A stretch of 64,000 nucleotides of DNA from an uncultured virus (IMG/VR IMGVR_UViG_3300037418_002259). Taxonomy: Duplodnaviria > Heunggongvirae > Uroviricota > Caudoviricetes. Both the position numbers and the translations under genes were made by a program. Where the stretch lies: IMG/VR virus record IMGVR_UViG_3300037418_002259. The stretch is one strand, 5' to 3'. Below the pieces are notes generated by a model. The model was not told the DNA's origin and did not search any database. It saw only the letters and a program-made list of their open reading frames with translations. Positions 18,040-28,188 of this stretch are shown here, in pieces (the stretch's first letter is position 1; each line of letters starts with the position of its first letter).

Positions 18040-18419
18040 GCAGGATCACCGCTGAGCGCGCCGCGGCGATGCTGCTCGCGCTCGCCGACGAGTGGCTGTA
18101 CGCCCGCCAACTGGACGAGGTCGAGCCCAACCCTGTGCCTGCGCTGAAGTGGCTCCGCCGCCACGGTCTCGCCGCGTACCGGCCACCGGACCACGACATC
18201 CACCCGGTCGGCGAGTGGGCCGCATCTGACATCGGAATCGCCTGGGGCGACTCGGTACGCGACAAGGTTCGTACCAGCGCCGAGCTGGTCGCGCTGCTCG
18301 ACCGCGTCGCACGCGGCGAGAAGGCCGAGACGCTGCTCACCGACACGGACCGGACGGCAGTGAAGCAGATCGAGCAGGACCTGTCGTCGCTGTCACAGAT
18401 CATCAACCGGAGGATCTGA
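18036..18419 (+). CDS. Hypothetical protein
   Basis: ATGA coupling. Confidence 0.65.
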   Translation: MSRITAERAAAMLLALADEWLYARQLDEVEPNPVPALKWLRRHGLAAYRPPDHDIHPVGEWAASDIGIAWGDSVRDKVRTSAELVALLDRVARGEKAETLLTDTDRTAVKQIEQDLSSLSQIINRRI

Positions 18420-18904
18420 TGAGCGGACAGTACGAGGCGATCGCGTGGGAGCGTCGGCTCAACGGCGCGCGGATGTTCGTGCCGACTCGGCGGCACTACC
18501 GTGCACCCGGCGCGGAGCGGACGCTCTGCGGTGTCACGATCCCGCAGAAGATCCTCAACCCGCCGTCCAGCCGGCACGTCGGCCCGCTGACGCTGGACAC
18601 CATGACCGACCGGGAAATCGCCGAACAGCCGCTGTGCTCAAGCTGCGGGACCACTCTGCGGCGCGTCATGTCGCAGCCCACCTTCCTGCACCTGCACACC
18701 CTGGACCCCGACTGGCAGCCCGGCCCGGGCCAGAAGTGGCGCGACGCCCCGAAGGCGAGAATGCGGGTCACGAAGATGACCCGGCTCGCGGTCTACTACA
18801 CGTACGCCAACGCGGAGCCTGGTGCACGTGGCGCGTTCTCGATGACGCGTGAGACCTGGGACCGCGACTACGCGCCGAACCTCGACGCGACACTAACGCC
18901 GTAG
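18419..18904 (+). CDS. Hypothetical protein (TLCG...CSSC)
   Basis: GGAGG RBS; TGATG coupling. Confidence 0.7.
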   Translation: MSGQYEAIAWERRLNGARMFVPTRRHYRAPGAERTLCGVTIPQKILNPPSSRHVGPLTLDTMTDREIAEQPLCSSCGTTLRRVMSQPTFLHLHTLDPDWQPGPGQKWRDAPKARMRVTKMTRLAVYYTYANAEPGARGAFSMTRETWDRDYAPNLDATLTP

Positions 18905-18916
18905 CGGTGCCAGCGT
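18881..18916 (+). promoter_or_regulatory. Class B promoter
   Basis: CTCGACGCGACACTAAC-13nt-CAGCGT, 7 nt before ATG 18924. Confidence 0.75.
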
Positions 18917-18923
18917 GCCGGGC

Positions 18924-19151
18924 ATGACCCGCTCGCGAGTGATCGACCACCCTGGACATCCCGGCCTCACGCCGCCCGGTGAACCCCTGCCTGAGATCCC
19001 GCCCGAGCCGCGCGGCTGGGCCGGGTTCAAGGCACGCCGCGCCTGTCGGAAGGCCGGCGGCCACTACTGGCACCCGGTCAACCCAATGATCGGCTGGGGC
19101 TGCTGCGGCTGCGGTGCCCGCGACGACGGCATGCCCTGGGACGGGAACTGA
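18924..19151 (+). CDS. Small hypothetical protein (GGHYW...CCGCG), probably leaderless
   Basis: ATG at predicted +1. Confidence 0.6.
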   Translation: MTRSRVIDHPGHPGLTPPGEPLPEIPPEPRGWAGFKARRACRKAGGHYWHPVNPMIGWGCCGCGARDDGMPWDGN

Positions 19152-19152
19152 C

Positions 19153-19491
19153 ATGGACCCCGAGACCACACCCCGCTGGGGGTACCACTTCGTGATGCCG
19201 GCCGGGATGTACGACGACGTGCCGTTCCGGGACAGCACGCTCGAACACAACCTGGTCAGTGCGCGGGAGATGGCCGCCGCGGACGGGTACACGCTGCTGG
19301 GCGACCCCGAGAGCCGGATCGAGCCCCTGGTGTTCCTGCCCGACTGGGGCGAGGACGGCGGCATCATCGGGCTCGATCTCGCGCGGGCTGTCGGCTACGA
19401 GGGCGACGCGACCGCCTACGGGTACCTGCTGGAGTGGCGTGCAGAGCGCGCCCCTGCGGAGGGAACAGACGCGCATGGCGCGCATCGGTGA
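19153..19491 (+). CDS. Hypothetical protein
   Basis: Follows previous stop by 1 nt. Confidence 0.6.
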   Translation: MDPETTPRWGYHFVMPAGMYDDVPFRDSTLEHNLVSAREMAAADGYTLLGDPESRIEPLVFLPDWGEDGGIIGLDLARAVGYEGDATAYGYLLEWRAERAPAEGTDAHGAHR

Positions 19492-19756
19492 TAGCAGGAG
19501 GCGGCTGATGGACGAGGAACGATGCGAGTGCTGCGACGTACCGCTGTACTCGTGCGGGAAGGCCGCACAGGCTGCGCAGGCCGCCGAGCTGCGCGCCCAG
19601 ATCCAACGCGCGCTACAGGAGCCCGGCGTGTACGCCGCGAAGATCCTGATCCGCGCGTGCCCCGGCTGCAAGTCCGCCGTACCGGTCGGCCACCCGATCC
19701 GGAAGACGCGGGACGGTTGGGTCGGCGTGCTGTGCTGCGACGGAACCGACACCTGA
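19475..19756 (+). CDS. Cys-rich hypothetical protein
   Basis: GGAGG RBS; CECC, CPGC. Confidence 0.6.
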   Translation: MARIGDSRRRLMDEERCECCDVPLYSCGKAAQAAQAAELRAQIQRALQEPGVYAAKILIRACPGCKSAVPVGHPIRKTRDGWVGVLCCDGTDT

Positions 19757-19769
19757 CGAAAGGACCCCA

Positions 19770-19985
19770 ATGGCTGGCCACGCGACGATCGGTGCACTGG
19801 TCGTCAATCTCCGGCGGCGCGAGGAACTGAAAGACGAACTGATCGAGCTGTTCGCCGAGCGCGCTGACCTGATCGCGCAAGCGAAGGCCGCCGGTGTCCC
19901 CCTCTCCGAGATCGAGGGTGCAGCCGGACCGCTGTGGCGTGAGGTCGACGCGGCGCTCGCCCGCGCTGTCCACGAGAAGAGCTGA
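19770..19985 (+). CDS. Small protein, possible HTH (AKAAGVPLSEIEGAAG)
   Basis: AAGGA RBS. Confidence 0.6.
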   Translation: MAGHATIGALVVNLRRREELKDELIELFAERADLIAQAKAAGVPLSEIEGAAGPLWREVDAALARAVHEKS

Positions 19986-19988
19986 GCG

Positions 19989-20024
19989 CTCGACGCGACA
20001 CTAACGGCCTCTCCGTCACAGGCT
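19989..20024 (+). promoter_or_regulatory. Class B promoter of the lysis unit
   Basis: CTCGACGCGACACTAAC-13nt-CAGGCT. Confidence 0.75.
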
Positions 20025-20060
20025 CTCTGGTGGACATGCCACCGACCCAGTGAGGGCGAC

Positions 20061-20366
20061 ATGAGCGATCTGACCCCAGATCCGAGCGAGGCCGACGCGA
20101 CCGACCTGACGCCGGACCCGGTCGACCTCTTCGTGATCGACGAGTCCCGCGTCGAGACCGAGGAGACGACCAACATCGTCGACGAGCACGACGACGTCGA
20201 GGTGGACGAGAACCAGTCCACCGAGGCCAACCCCGGGCTGTACCCCGACGACGAGGACGAGCAGAGCGCGCTCCAGGTGCTCCACCAGGAAGGCGACACG
20301 ACGCTCATCGGGCACCCGGACGGCGTACGGCTATACGGCTACGACCAATCGGACGGTGCCGAGTGA
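20061..20366 (+). CDS. Highly acidic small protein upstream of the endolysin
   Basis: D/E-rich; DLTPDP twice; GTGA-coupled to the lysin. Confidence 0.7.
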   Translation: MSDLTPDPSEADATDLTPDPVDLFVIDESRVETEETTNIVDEHDDVEVDENQSTEANPGLYPDDEDEQSALQVLHQEGDTTLIGHPDGVRLYGYDQSDGAE

Positions 20367-21280
20367 CTAAGCCCGTGCAGAAGGTCCCCGCGGTCTACGT
20401 CCCGCGGTCTGTGCAGCAGGCTGTCGACCTGATCCTCATCATCGCCGCGTCGCAGAACGGCTACCGCGAGGGCAAGAGCAAGTCCGGCGACTGGAACAAC
20501 GACACCATGTTCGGTGTCTGGTACGGGATGAACTTCGCGTCCTGGTGCGCGATCTTCATCTCGTGGTGCGCCAGCGTTGCCGGGTTCTCCAAGATCATCC
20601 CGAAGCACGCCTACACCCCGGACGGCTTCAACTGGTTCGCGTCGCGTGGGCTCAATGACGGTCGCCGGCCACCGAACCGGAAGGGCGTCAACGCGACCGG
20701 CCGAGGCAAGCCGCGCCCCGGCGACATCATGTACGTGTACAGCGCGTCGCAGGGCCGCATTCACCATGTCGGCATCGTCGAGGAAGTGCTCTCGAACGGC
20801 TCGATCAAGACCATCGAGGGCAACACGGACCCCGGGGGAAGCGCACAGGGGATCGGCGTTTTCCGCCTCACCCGGCAGGTCTCCTCGCGCCTGTACTTCT
20901 GCCACCCGCAGTACTCCCTGGTCGTCGGCAAGACCACCACTCCCGCGAAGCCGGGCAACACCACCACCCCACCGAAGGAAGAGGAACACCCCATGGCTGG
21001 ACTGACCGACGCCGACAAGACCGTTCTGACGGCCGCCATGACTGACGCGCTGAAGGCGGTCGTCCCGGCGACCGAGAAGCTGTACGTCAACGCCGACAAC
21101 CGGTACGAGGCGCAGGCCGAGACGTACTTCGCCGTCGCGCAGGCGTACGCCGCGATCTCGCTGCCGAAGCACCTCGCCGAGGGCAAGACCCCCCGTGAGG
21201 CGATGGACGCGGTCCGGCTCGAAATCGGGCCGTTCCTGTCGGTGCTGTGGGCCACTCCCGCGCCCGCGAAGAAGGCCTGA
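20363..21280 (+). CDS. CHAP-domain endolysin
   Basis: WCAIFISW (catalytic Cys), PRPGDI, HHVGIV, TIEGNT. Confidence 0.85.
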   Translation: MTKPVQKVPAVYVPRSVQQAVDLILIIAASQNGYREGKSKSGDWNNDTMFGVWYGMNFASWCAIFISWCASVAGFSKIIPKHAYTPDGFNWFASRGLNDGRRPPNRKGVNATGRGKPRPGDIMYVYSASQGRIHHVGIVEEVLSNGSIKTIEGNTDPGGSAQGIGVFRLTRQVSSRLYFCHPQYSLVVGKTTTPAKPGNTTTPPKEEEHPMAGLTDADKTVLTAAMTDALKAVVPATEKLYVNADNRYEAQAETYFAVAQAYAAISLPKHLAEGKTPREAMDAVRLEIGPFLSVLWATPAPAKKA

Positions 21281-21313
21281 CCCCCAACCGGCACGAGGCG
21301 AGGTAACGAGAGC

Positions 21314-22264
21314 ATGCGGGCACTACCGTTCTTCAGGCGGCGATCCGTGCGGCGGGCCGCCACGGTTCTAGTCGTCGTGATCCTGGTGGTGTCCGCATGG
21401 CTCGGCGGCCGGCAGACCGACACGATCCGCGCCGAGCGCGACACGGCGACCGGCGCGGCCGAGACCAACGCCAGCTCGGTTGACACGGTCGGCAACAAGA
21501 TCCTCCCGGACGTGTGCAAGGCCGCGACCGCGAAGCGGCTACAGGCGATCGGCCGGCTCGACGAGTGCGAGCTGGCGACGCAGGGCAAGATCGACGAGGT
21601 CGTGCCCGTCGTCACCCCGTCCCCGGCCCAGGTCGAGCAGGTGTCGGAGAAGGACATCGAGCGGGTCGTCGACGCGTACCTCGCCGACTACCTGACCGAT
21701 CTGCCGGCCAAGTACCGGGCCGATCTGCGGGCGGAGGTCGTCAGCTACCTGACGCGCAACCCGCCGAAGGCTGGCCAGGACGGGAAGCCGGGGCCGCCCC
21801 CGTCTCCGGCAGCGATCGCGGCCGCGGTGGCGTCGTACCTGACTGCCCATCCTCCGGTGCCCGGGAAGGACGGTACGGCGGGCGCTGATGGCGTCTCTGT
21901 GACCGGTGCAGCGCTCGACGGCTGTGACCTGGTGTTCTCGCTGTCCGACGACACCAGCGTCCGTGTGGGCCCGATCTGCGGGCCGAAGGGCGAGAAGGGC
22001 GACGGCCCGACCGCGGCCGAGCTGCGGGCCGCGTTCGACGCGTACTGCGCCGACCAGCCGGGCGGCACCTGCAAGGGAACCGAGGGCACGCCTGGGTACC
22101 CGACCGGTTGGCGGCAAGCCGACGGGAGTGTCTGCACCGACCCGGACGGCGACCGGTTCTACACCTGCGAGGCTCCCCCTCCGCCGTCGACTCCGCCGCC
22201 GTCCGACCCGCCCGCGAGCATCCCCGCGACGCCTGACGGGAAGCTGAAGACCGGGCTGCGATGA
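21314..22264 (+). CDS. Membrane-anchored collagen-like protein in the lysis cassette
   Basis: N-terminal TM helix; G-x-y repeats; Pro-rich tail. Confidence 0.75.
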   Translation: MRALPFFRRRSVRRAATVLVVVILVVSAWLGGRQTDTIRAERDTATGAAETNASSVDTVGNKILPDVCKAATAKRLQAIGRLDECELATQGKIDEVVPVVTPSPAQVEQVSEKDIERVVDAYLADYLTDLPAKYRADLRAEVVSYLTRNPPKAGQDGKPGPPPSPAAIAAAVASYLTAHPPVPGKDGTAGADGVSVTGAALDGCDLVFSLSDDTSVRVGPICGPKGEKGDGPTAAELRAAFDAYCADQPGGTCKGTEGTPGYPTGWRQADGSVCTDPDGDRFYTCEAPPPPSTPPPSDPPASIPATPDGKLKTGLR

Positions 22265-22290
22265 GGGTCGTGGGCACCCCGGAATCCGGC

Positions 22291-22400
22291 GCTTAGGGTG
22301 TGTACACTTCAGGGCACGGGACCCCGGCTGGTAAGGTCCCCGCCGCCTGGGGGAAGAGCAACCCGAGACGGTGCATCCCCGAGGACTAGGAGACCCGCCC
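22291..22400 (+). promoter_or_regulatory. Class A-like promoter with weak leader hairpin
   Basis: GCTTAGGGTGTG-TACACT; GGG-AAGAGCAA-CCC; TAGGAGACCC. Confidence 0.6.
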
Positions 22401-22955
22401 ATGGCAGGCGAACCCCCCATCACGCTGATCGGCAACCTCACCGGCGACCCTGAACTGCGGTTCACTCCCTCGGGTGCCGCCGTCGCGAACTTCACCGTCG
22501 CCTCGACCCCGCGGACGCTGGACCGGCAGAGCAACGAGTGGAAGGACGGCGAGACGCTGTTCATCTCGTGCTCGGTGTGGCGGCAGGTCGCGGAGAACGT
22601 GGCCGAGTCGCTGACCCGCGGTTCCCGCGTCGTCGTCACGGGCCGGCTGAAGGCGCGCTCGTACGACGACCGCGACGGGAACAAGCGGACCGTGTTCGAG
22701 TGTGACGTCGAGGAGATCGGCGCGAGCATGCGGTACGCGACGCTGAAGATTTCCAAGACTGCCCGGTCCGATGGCGGCGGGTTTGGCGGCGGGGGCAACA
22801 ACAGCGGTGGCGGCGCGCCGCAGAACGACCCGTGGGCGAGCCCGCAGGGCGGCCAGTCCGGGCAGCAGCAGAACGACCCCTGGGCCAACTCGAACTCGGG
22901 TGCCGGGGGCAACACCGGCTGGGGCGGTTCCGCTCCTGAAGAGCCGCCGTTCTGA
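22401..22955 (+). CDS. ssb: Single-stranded DNA-binding protein
   Basis: [38 protein letters not shown]; actinobacterial EEPPF C-terminus. Confidence 0.97.
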   Translation: MAGEPPITLIGNLTGDPELRFTPSGAAVANFTVASTPRTLDRQSNEWKDGETLFISCSVWRQVAENVAESLTRGSRVVVTGRLKARSYDDRDGNKRTVFECDVEEIGASMRYATLKISKTARSDGGGFGGGGNNSGGGAPQNDPWASPQGGQSGQQQNDPWANSNSGAGGNTGWGGSAPEEPPF

Positions 22956-23136
22956 TGCACTAGGCAATGAAATACGGCCGCAACCGAAAAACAGGTAACC
23001 CCGTAACTTTGCTGCGATCTGATCGTTCCAATCGTTACGGGGAACTGTTCGACCACGACTCTTGGGCACCCCCTCCCCCTGCGTCCGGTGGCGGCCAAAT
23101 GAGTCCGCTGGTGAAGACCTGCGCGGAAGGACGCCC

Positions 23137-23559
23137 GTGACTGCCCCACGCCTCACCCTTCACGTCGGTTTCGATCTGACCAGTCGAACCCGGCACATGA
23201 TGCCCATGCCCGAATCAGACAAAGGCCCTGTCCCTCTCGAAGTCCTGAGCGCTGTCGAGCGCGAGTCCGACGAGATCTCGATGCGGTACATCGACGAACT
23301 CATGGCCCAGGCAGACGACCCGTACGCCCAGCTCGCGCTGATCAGAGTCGCGCTCGAAGCCGTCGACCGGCACGCCGAGCGGCTGAAGGCGCTCCGTCTC
23401 GGAATCGTGGTGCAGCAGCGAGACGCCGGCGACCCGATGACCGAGATCGCCGCGGCTGCCGGTGTCGGCGACTCCTACCTGTCCCGTCTCGTCATCCGTG
23501 CGGGCGGAGCGCGCCGCTCCGACCGGACCCGGCGGCGAAGGAGACGCCGCGCTGGCTAG
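23137..23559 (+). CDS. Putative HTH DNA-binding protein
   Basis: C-terminal MTEIAAAAGVGDSYLSRLV; start codon uncertain. Confidence 0.65.
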   Translation: MTAPRLTLHVGFDLTSRTRHMMPMPESDKGPVPLEVLSAVERESDEISMRYIDELMAQADDPYAQLALIRVALEAVDRHAERLKALRLGIVVQQRDAGDPMTEIAAAAGVGDSYLSRLVIRAGGARRSDRTRRRRRRRAG

Positions 23560-23576
23560 TAGGCGACACTGACCGC

Positions 23577-24161
23577 ATGGCTACGATCTTGCGCGTCGAC
23601 GCCCCGGCCGAGTACCGCACCCTGGACGCGACCCTCGACAACCCGACGACGCTCGGGTTGATCGTGGTGTCGGTGATCATGGCTCTCGCGTCCCCGGTCG
23701 TCCTGGTGATGGCGCTGTTCGCGCACAACCTGATGGGCGTGTTCGCCTCGATCGTCTGGTTTCTGCTGTGGACCGGGTGGCTGTTCCCGCTGTACCGCAA
23801 GGCGAAGGCGTCTCGCGCGTACCGGGTGAGGATCGTCGCCGGCCAGGACGAGATCCGGGAGGCGCACAGGATCTACTACCGGCTCAACCCGGAGTCGTCC
23901 TCGCGGGACTACGCGTTGCCGCTGATCAAGGCCATGTACCAGATCTCCGTCATCGACGTGCAGGGCGAGTACGGCGAACGTCGCCTGGCCGGCCTGATGC
24001 GCGAGCGGGTCGCGGCGCTGCGTGGGCTGCTGGCCGCTGAGGACGAGATCGCGTTGGCGTCCGCGAACGGCTGGGTGAATGATCGTGACGACCTCGGCGC
24101 GGTGAAGGCGTATCAAGATGCGCTCAACGAGGTCGCCGCGAAGCTGGACTACACAGTCTGA
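23577..24161 (+). CDS. Membrane protein (2 TM + helical C-terminal region)
   Basis: Hydrophobic N-terminal half. Confidence 0.75.
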   Translation: MATILRVDAPAEYRTLDATLDNPTTLGLIVVSVIMALASPVVLVMALFAHNLMGVFASIVWFLLWTGWLFPLYRKAKASRAYRVRIVAGQDEIREAHRIYYRLNPESSSRDYALPLIKAMYQISVIDVQGEYGERRLAGLMRERVAALRGLLAAEDEIALASANGWVNDRDDLGAVKAYQDALNEVAAKLDYTV

Positions 24162-24188
24162 CGCTGGCGTACACCTGCTGAGCGTCTG

Positions 24189-24224
24189 CTCGACGCGACA
24201 CTAACCATCTCCTCCCGCCAGGGT
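24189..24224 (+). promoter_or_regulatory. Class B promoter
   Basis: CTCGACGCGACACTAAC-13nt-CAGGGT. Confidence 0.7.
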
Positions 24225-24238
24225 GTCGACACTGGTGC

Positions 24239-24310
24239 TCGCCAACCGCGCTAAGGGTGTGTACGCTAAACGCGTAGGCGGAAGAGCACCCGCCCTGAAT
24301 GGAGACTCTC
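24239..24310 (+). promoter_or_regulatory. Class A promoter + leader hairpin + RBS
   Basis: TCGCCA-17nt-TACGCT; GGCGG-AAGAGCAC-CCGCC (24277-24294); GGAGAC. Confidence 0.8.
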
Positions 24311-24595
24311 ATGCAGATGATCGGAACAGCCCTGCTCGACGGCGTCGAAGCCGCCATCAAGACCAGCCCCTGGTGGATCCCGAACGCGCCCGTACTGCAG
24401 ATCGAAGGCCGCCGCGAGATCCTCGGCCAGTACGGCACCAGGTGGCACGGCCCGACCGTCGAGGGCGACGAGCACGCCCCCATGGTCGAACCCGCCACAC
24501 ACCCCGGTCAGACCTTCAGCTTCACCCGCCGCCAGTGCAAGGCGATGCGGGCGACGCTGCGCGCGCAAGCGAAGCGCCTCACCTCCCCGCGCTGA
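24311..24595 (+). CDS. Hypothetical protein
   Basis: RBS; first gene after promoter. Confidence 0.7.
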   Translation: MQMIGTALLDGVEAAIKTSPWWIPNAPVLQIEGRREILGQYGTRWHGPTVEGDEHAPMVEPATHPGQTFSFTRRQCKAMRATLRAQAKRLTSPR

Positions 24596-25044
24596 TGGAC
24601 CCGGTCAAGATCCCCGGCTGCGCAGAGATGCGCATGCCGGACGTCACCTGGGCCGAGGTGCTCGCCTGGTTCGCCGAGAACGGCGTCGACCTCGACCTGT
24701 GCCCGCCGAGTCACGACATCACGGTCACCAACACGATCGACCGGTGGCAGACCCGCAGCGAGCACGCTGCGGGCCCGGCCCGGTTCGTGTCCACCCCCGT
24801 CACGGTCCCGCTGCCCGAGCACCTGCGCGCCGCGATCGTGCGGGCCGTCACCGGCCAGCAGGCGGGCGCACTGCGCACACCCGACGAGTGGTGCGCCCAG
24901 TACGGCGTACGCGTGCTGGACCCGCGCGGCTGGCGCGACCAGTCGTGGCACATCCCGCTGACCGAGGACGAGTTCGTGCACCGCACATCGCTGTCCAGGC
25001 TCGCGCAGACCCCGAGCACATCCCTTCTGGAGTCAATCGCATGA
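24595..25044 (+). CDS. Hypothetical protein (C-terminal VLDPRGW...LTEDEFVHR)
   Basis: TGATG coupling. Confidence 0.65.
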   Translation: MDPVKIPGCAEMRMPDVTWAEVLAWFAENGVDLDLCPPSHDITVTNTIDRWQTRSEHAAGPARFVSTPVTVPLPEHLRAAIVRAVTGQQAGALRTPDEWCAQYGVRVLDPRGWRDQSWHIPLTEDEFVHRTSLSRLAQTPSTSLLESIA

Positions 25045-26009
25045 TCACACGCTTCAATGAGCCCTGCTTCGTGCTCGTGATGAACGACCGCGAATTCCAC
25101 TACGAGACAGCTGAGCGCGCCGCTGCAGTGCTGCGCTCCAAGATCGACGAGGCCCGCCAGTACGGCGACGCAGACGAGCTGAAGCGCGCCGAGCGGCTCG
25201 TCGTCGAGCAGAACCGGCAGACCTGCGGCGTGCTCACCTGCGACGGCTGCGGCACCGAGTACGAGGACGATGAGGACGGCGGTCACCTGACCGACGTCGC
25301 CGAGGACCAGGCAGCGATCGCGGCCGCGGTCGCCTCCGGTTGGACCCGCGACAACGGCGACACCGTCCACTGCCCTGCCTGCCCGAAGCTGACGCGCAGC
25401 GAACCCGGCCCGGACGACGTACCGCTCCCGATCCTCGCGCCAGCCACGGGCCCGATGCCGAAGCCGCCGCCGCTGGAACGCCGTACGAAGCGCCGCTACG
25501 CCCACGATCTGTACCCGCACCCCGACGAGTGGCAGACCCGCAAACTCGACGTCGAGATGCCGTACCTGTACGCGCAGGCCATCGGCCACGAGGTGCACGG
25601 CACCGGCTGGTTCGAACTGCGTGGAAGTGCCGACGAACTGCGGCAGTCGGTGGAGCGGACGATGGACATGGTCCGCTGCCGCCAGATCGCCCGTCTCGCC
25701 GACGCGCTGCACCAGGGCATGACGGGCGACGCGGCGTGGGAGTACGCCGACGCAGCTTCATGGGACTACGAGGGCGAACTGACGTACGACCGCGCGAAGC
25801 ACTACGGCGTCGAGATCGAGAAGATCAAGCCGTACCCGTGCGGTCCGGAGCCCGACAAGCACGACCACTACGGGGAACCGGACGCGGAAGGCTTCCGACG
25901 CGTCACCACGATCAGGTGCAAGGAATCCGAGTGCCCCGACTGCATGGAGGAGATCCCGGCTCCGGGCCCGGGCGAGGAGCCGCTGCCCATCGCCGGGTTG
26001 GCCGGGTGA
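25041..26009 (+). CDS. Hypothetical protein with CxxC pairs
   Basis: GGAG RBS; ATGA coupling. Confidence 0.7.
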   Translation: MITRFNEPCFVLVMNDREFHYETAERAAAVLRSKIDEARQYGDADELKRAERLVVEQNRQTCGVLTCDGCGTEYEDDEDGGHLTDVAEDQAAIAAAVASGWTRDNGDTVHCPACPKLTRSEPGPDDVPLPILAPATGPMPKPPPLERRTKRRYAHDLYPHPDEWQTRKLDVEMPYLYAQAIGHEVHGTGWFELRGSADELRQSVERTMDMVRCRQIARLADALHQGMTGDAAWEYADAASWDYEGELTYDRAKHYGVEIEKIKPYPCGPEPDKHDHYGEPDAEGFRRVTTIRCKESECPDCMEEIPAPGPGEEPLPIAGLAG

Positions 26010-26899
26010 AGTGGACCGAGGCCGCGGTCATCGAGCGGCTGCGTGAGGCCTACCTCCTGCCTGAAGGCTCGCAGGCGATGGACGAGTGGGCGATGCTCAC
26101 ACACGTCCCGCTGCGCATGCCGGACGGCAGGAACGAACGCATCATCGACGCGCTCGCCGTGCGCTGCTGGGGAGGCGGGAAAGGGCACGTGCGGCTGGCG
26201 TTCGAGGTCAAGGTGTCCCGCCCGGACTACCGCAACGAGACCCCGGAGAAGCGGGCCCCGGCCGAGGCGAGCGCACACCAGTGCGCGTACGTCGTACCGG
26301 CCGGGCTCATCCGCCCCGACGAGTTACCGGACGGATGGGGACTGATCGAGGTGTTCGAGAACGGCTCCGACCGGCCACCGACCAGCCGGCCACTCGGCAG
26401 CCGTGCCTTGTGGCGGAAGTACGCCGCGAAGCGGGAACCGGTCTGCGATCTCGACTACCTGGTGTCCGCGGGGTTTCGCCGCGCCTCCCGGGCAGAGGAG
26501 GCGATCCGACACGGCGTACTGCCGGAGGCCGAGGTGGCGCGGATGCGGCGCGAGAACGACTCCCTGCACGGCATCGTGTCCCGCGCGAAAGACGCGCAGC
26601 GTCGCGCCGAGCAGCGGGTGAAGGACATGCGGAACGAGATCCTGGCGCTCGCCGGCGACCAGGAGTGCGCTGACTGCAGTAGCAAGGTCACGTGGCGGCT
26701 CGGGGCCGTCTCTGGCTGGTCGCACGTAGACAAGACACAGGACGGCCCGTGCCGAAAGATCCGCGCCGAGGCTGACCGGCTCCGCAAGGAAGCCGAGACC
26801 GGGTCCAAGTACTCGTGGGGGTTCGCTCCCCCGGTCGAACCGAAGGCGATCCGCGAGATGCGGCTCGCCGACCAGAAGGAGATGGGCGAAGCATCATGA
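26006..26899 (+). CDS. PD-(D/E)xK nuclease-like protein (MmcB-like) with coiled coil and CxxC
   Basis: RIIDALAV...AFEVKVSRPDY...ELPDGWGLI. Confidence 0.7.
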   Translation: MKWTEAAVIERLREAYLLPEGSQAMDEWAMLTHVPLRMPDGRNERIIDALAVRCWGGGKGHVRLAFEVKVSRPDYRNETPEKRAPAEASAHQCAYVVPAGLIRPDELPDGWGLIEVFENGSDRPPTSRPLGSRALWRKYAAKREPVCDLDYLVSAGFRRASRAEEAIRHGVLPEAEVARMRRENDSLHGIVSRAKDAQRRAEQRVKDMRNEILALAGDQECADCSSKVTWRLGAVSGWSHVDKTQDGPCRKIRAEADRLRKEAETGSKYSWGFAPPVEPKAIREMRLADQKEMGEAS

Positions 26900-27243
26900 C
26901 CGACATCGACCAGGAGACCGCACAGCGGGTGCTGGCGCTGCCCGTAAAGCGCGAAGGGGGCCAGACGATCCGGGACTACCTGTTCGACCTGCTCGCCGCG
27001 TTCTGGGCCGGTGAAGCCGACCCGAAGTACGGCATGACCGGCGAGTCCGACTGGCAGTACGAGCTGTACGAGCCGCTCCGCGATGCAGGGCTCATCCCCG
27101 AGTGGGCCGACGGGTACGGCATCGGGTACCGCACAACGCCGACGACGGTCGAGGTCGTGAGCGGCGCGGCCCGGTACGACGAAGACCAGAAGCTCGCCGA
27201 CGACCTGATCGCTGCGGCGATCAAGGAACTGAGGGCATCGTGA
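26896..27243 (+). CDS. Hypothetical protein
   Basis: ATGA coupling; TIRDYL...GESDWQYELYEPL. Confidence 0.7.
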   Translation: MTDIDQETAQRVLALPVKREGGQTIRDYLFDLLAAFWAGEADPKYGMTGESDWQYELYEPLRDAGLIPEWADGYGIGYRTTPTTVEVVSGAARYDEDQKLADDLIAAAIKELRAS

Positions 27244-27872
27244 CCGAGGACCTGGTCCTGCCCGAGCGAATGCGGAAGCTGCCCGTCGACAAGCACGGCC
27301 GGCCAGTGCCGTGGTTTGTCGCGTACATCGACGGCGTGCCGGACTTCCGCGTCATCCGCGCCCGAGGCATCGACGAAGCGCTCATGTTCAAGACGTGCTG
27401 GTTGTGCGGTACGCCGCTCGGCAAGTACGCCGCGTTCGTCATCGGCCCGATGTGCGCCGTCAACCACGTGTCGTCCGAGCCGCCGTCGCATCGCGACTGC
27501 GCGCAGTACGCCGCGCGGGCGTGCCCGTTCCTGGCGAACCCGAACATGAAGCGCCGCGAGAACAACCTGCCCGAGGAGACCGTCGACCCGGCCGGTGTCT
27601 CGATCCGCCGCAACCCCGGCGTCGCGCTGGTGTGGGTCACCCGGAAGTGGTTCATGTTCCGCGACCCGAAGGGGATGCCGCTGTTCGACATCGGGGCCCC
27701 GGACCAGACGTACTGGTACGCGCACGGCCGCGACGCGACGCATGACGAGGTCGTGGAATCGATCGAGACCGGTATGCCCACACTGCGGCAGGCAGCCGCC
27801 AGTGACGGCGCGCTCGCCGCGGTCGAGCTGGAACTGAACCTCCGCGAAGCACTGAAACTGGTGCCGGCATGA
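27240..27872 (+). CDS. Zn-binding hypothetical protein (CWLCG...HRDCAQYAARACPFL)
   Basis: GTGA coupling; Cys/His motif pattern. Confidence 0.75.
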   Translation: MTEDLVLPERMRKLPVDKHGRPVPWFVAYIDGVPDFRVIRARGIDEALMFKTCWLCGTPLGKYAAFVIGPMCAVNHVSSEPPSHRDCAQYAARACPFLANPNMKRRENNLPEETVDPAGVSIRRNPGVALVWVTRKWFMFRDPKGMPLFDIGAPDQTYWYAHGRDATHDEVVESIETGMPTLRQAAASDGALAAVELELNLREALKLVPA

Positions 27873-28121
27873 TGCGGACCCGTGCCCACCGGGACCGGAT
27901 GCGAAAGCGCGTCAACCCGTACGTCATCAGGCCCGGCCACCCGCACTTCTGGACGCCGCTGCTAGGCATGACGCAGGAGGAGATACTCGCTCGTGTCCGA
28001 GGGATTGTGGCTGACAGCGGCGTACAGCCGGGCTGCACCGTCGAACTCGCTGTGCTCGAAGACCAGGATCTGTGGTCGGCTCCTCCGAGCAGGGGGACCG
28101 TCATTCGGATCTCCGCCGTCC

Positions 28122-28157
28122 CTCGACGCGACACTAACTCGCTGGCCGTAGCACGGT
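28122..28157 (+). promoter_or_regulatory. Class B promoter
   Basis: CTCGACGCGACACTAAC-13nt-CACGGT. Confidence 0.75.
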
Positions 28158-28188
28158 GGCTCTCTGACCCCGCAGAGAGGACCCCGAA

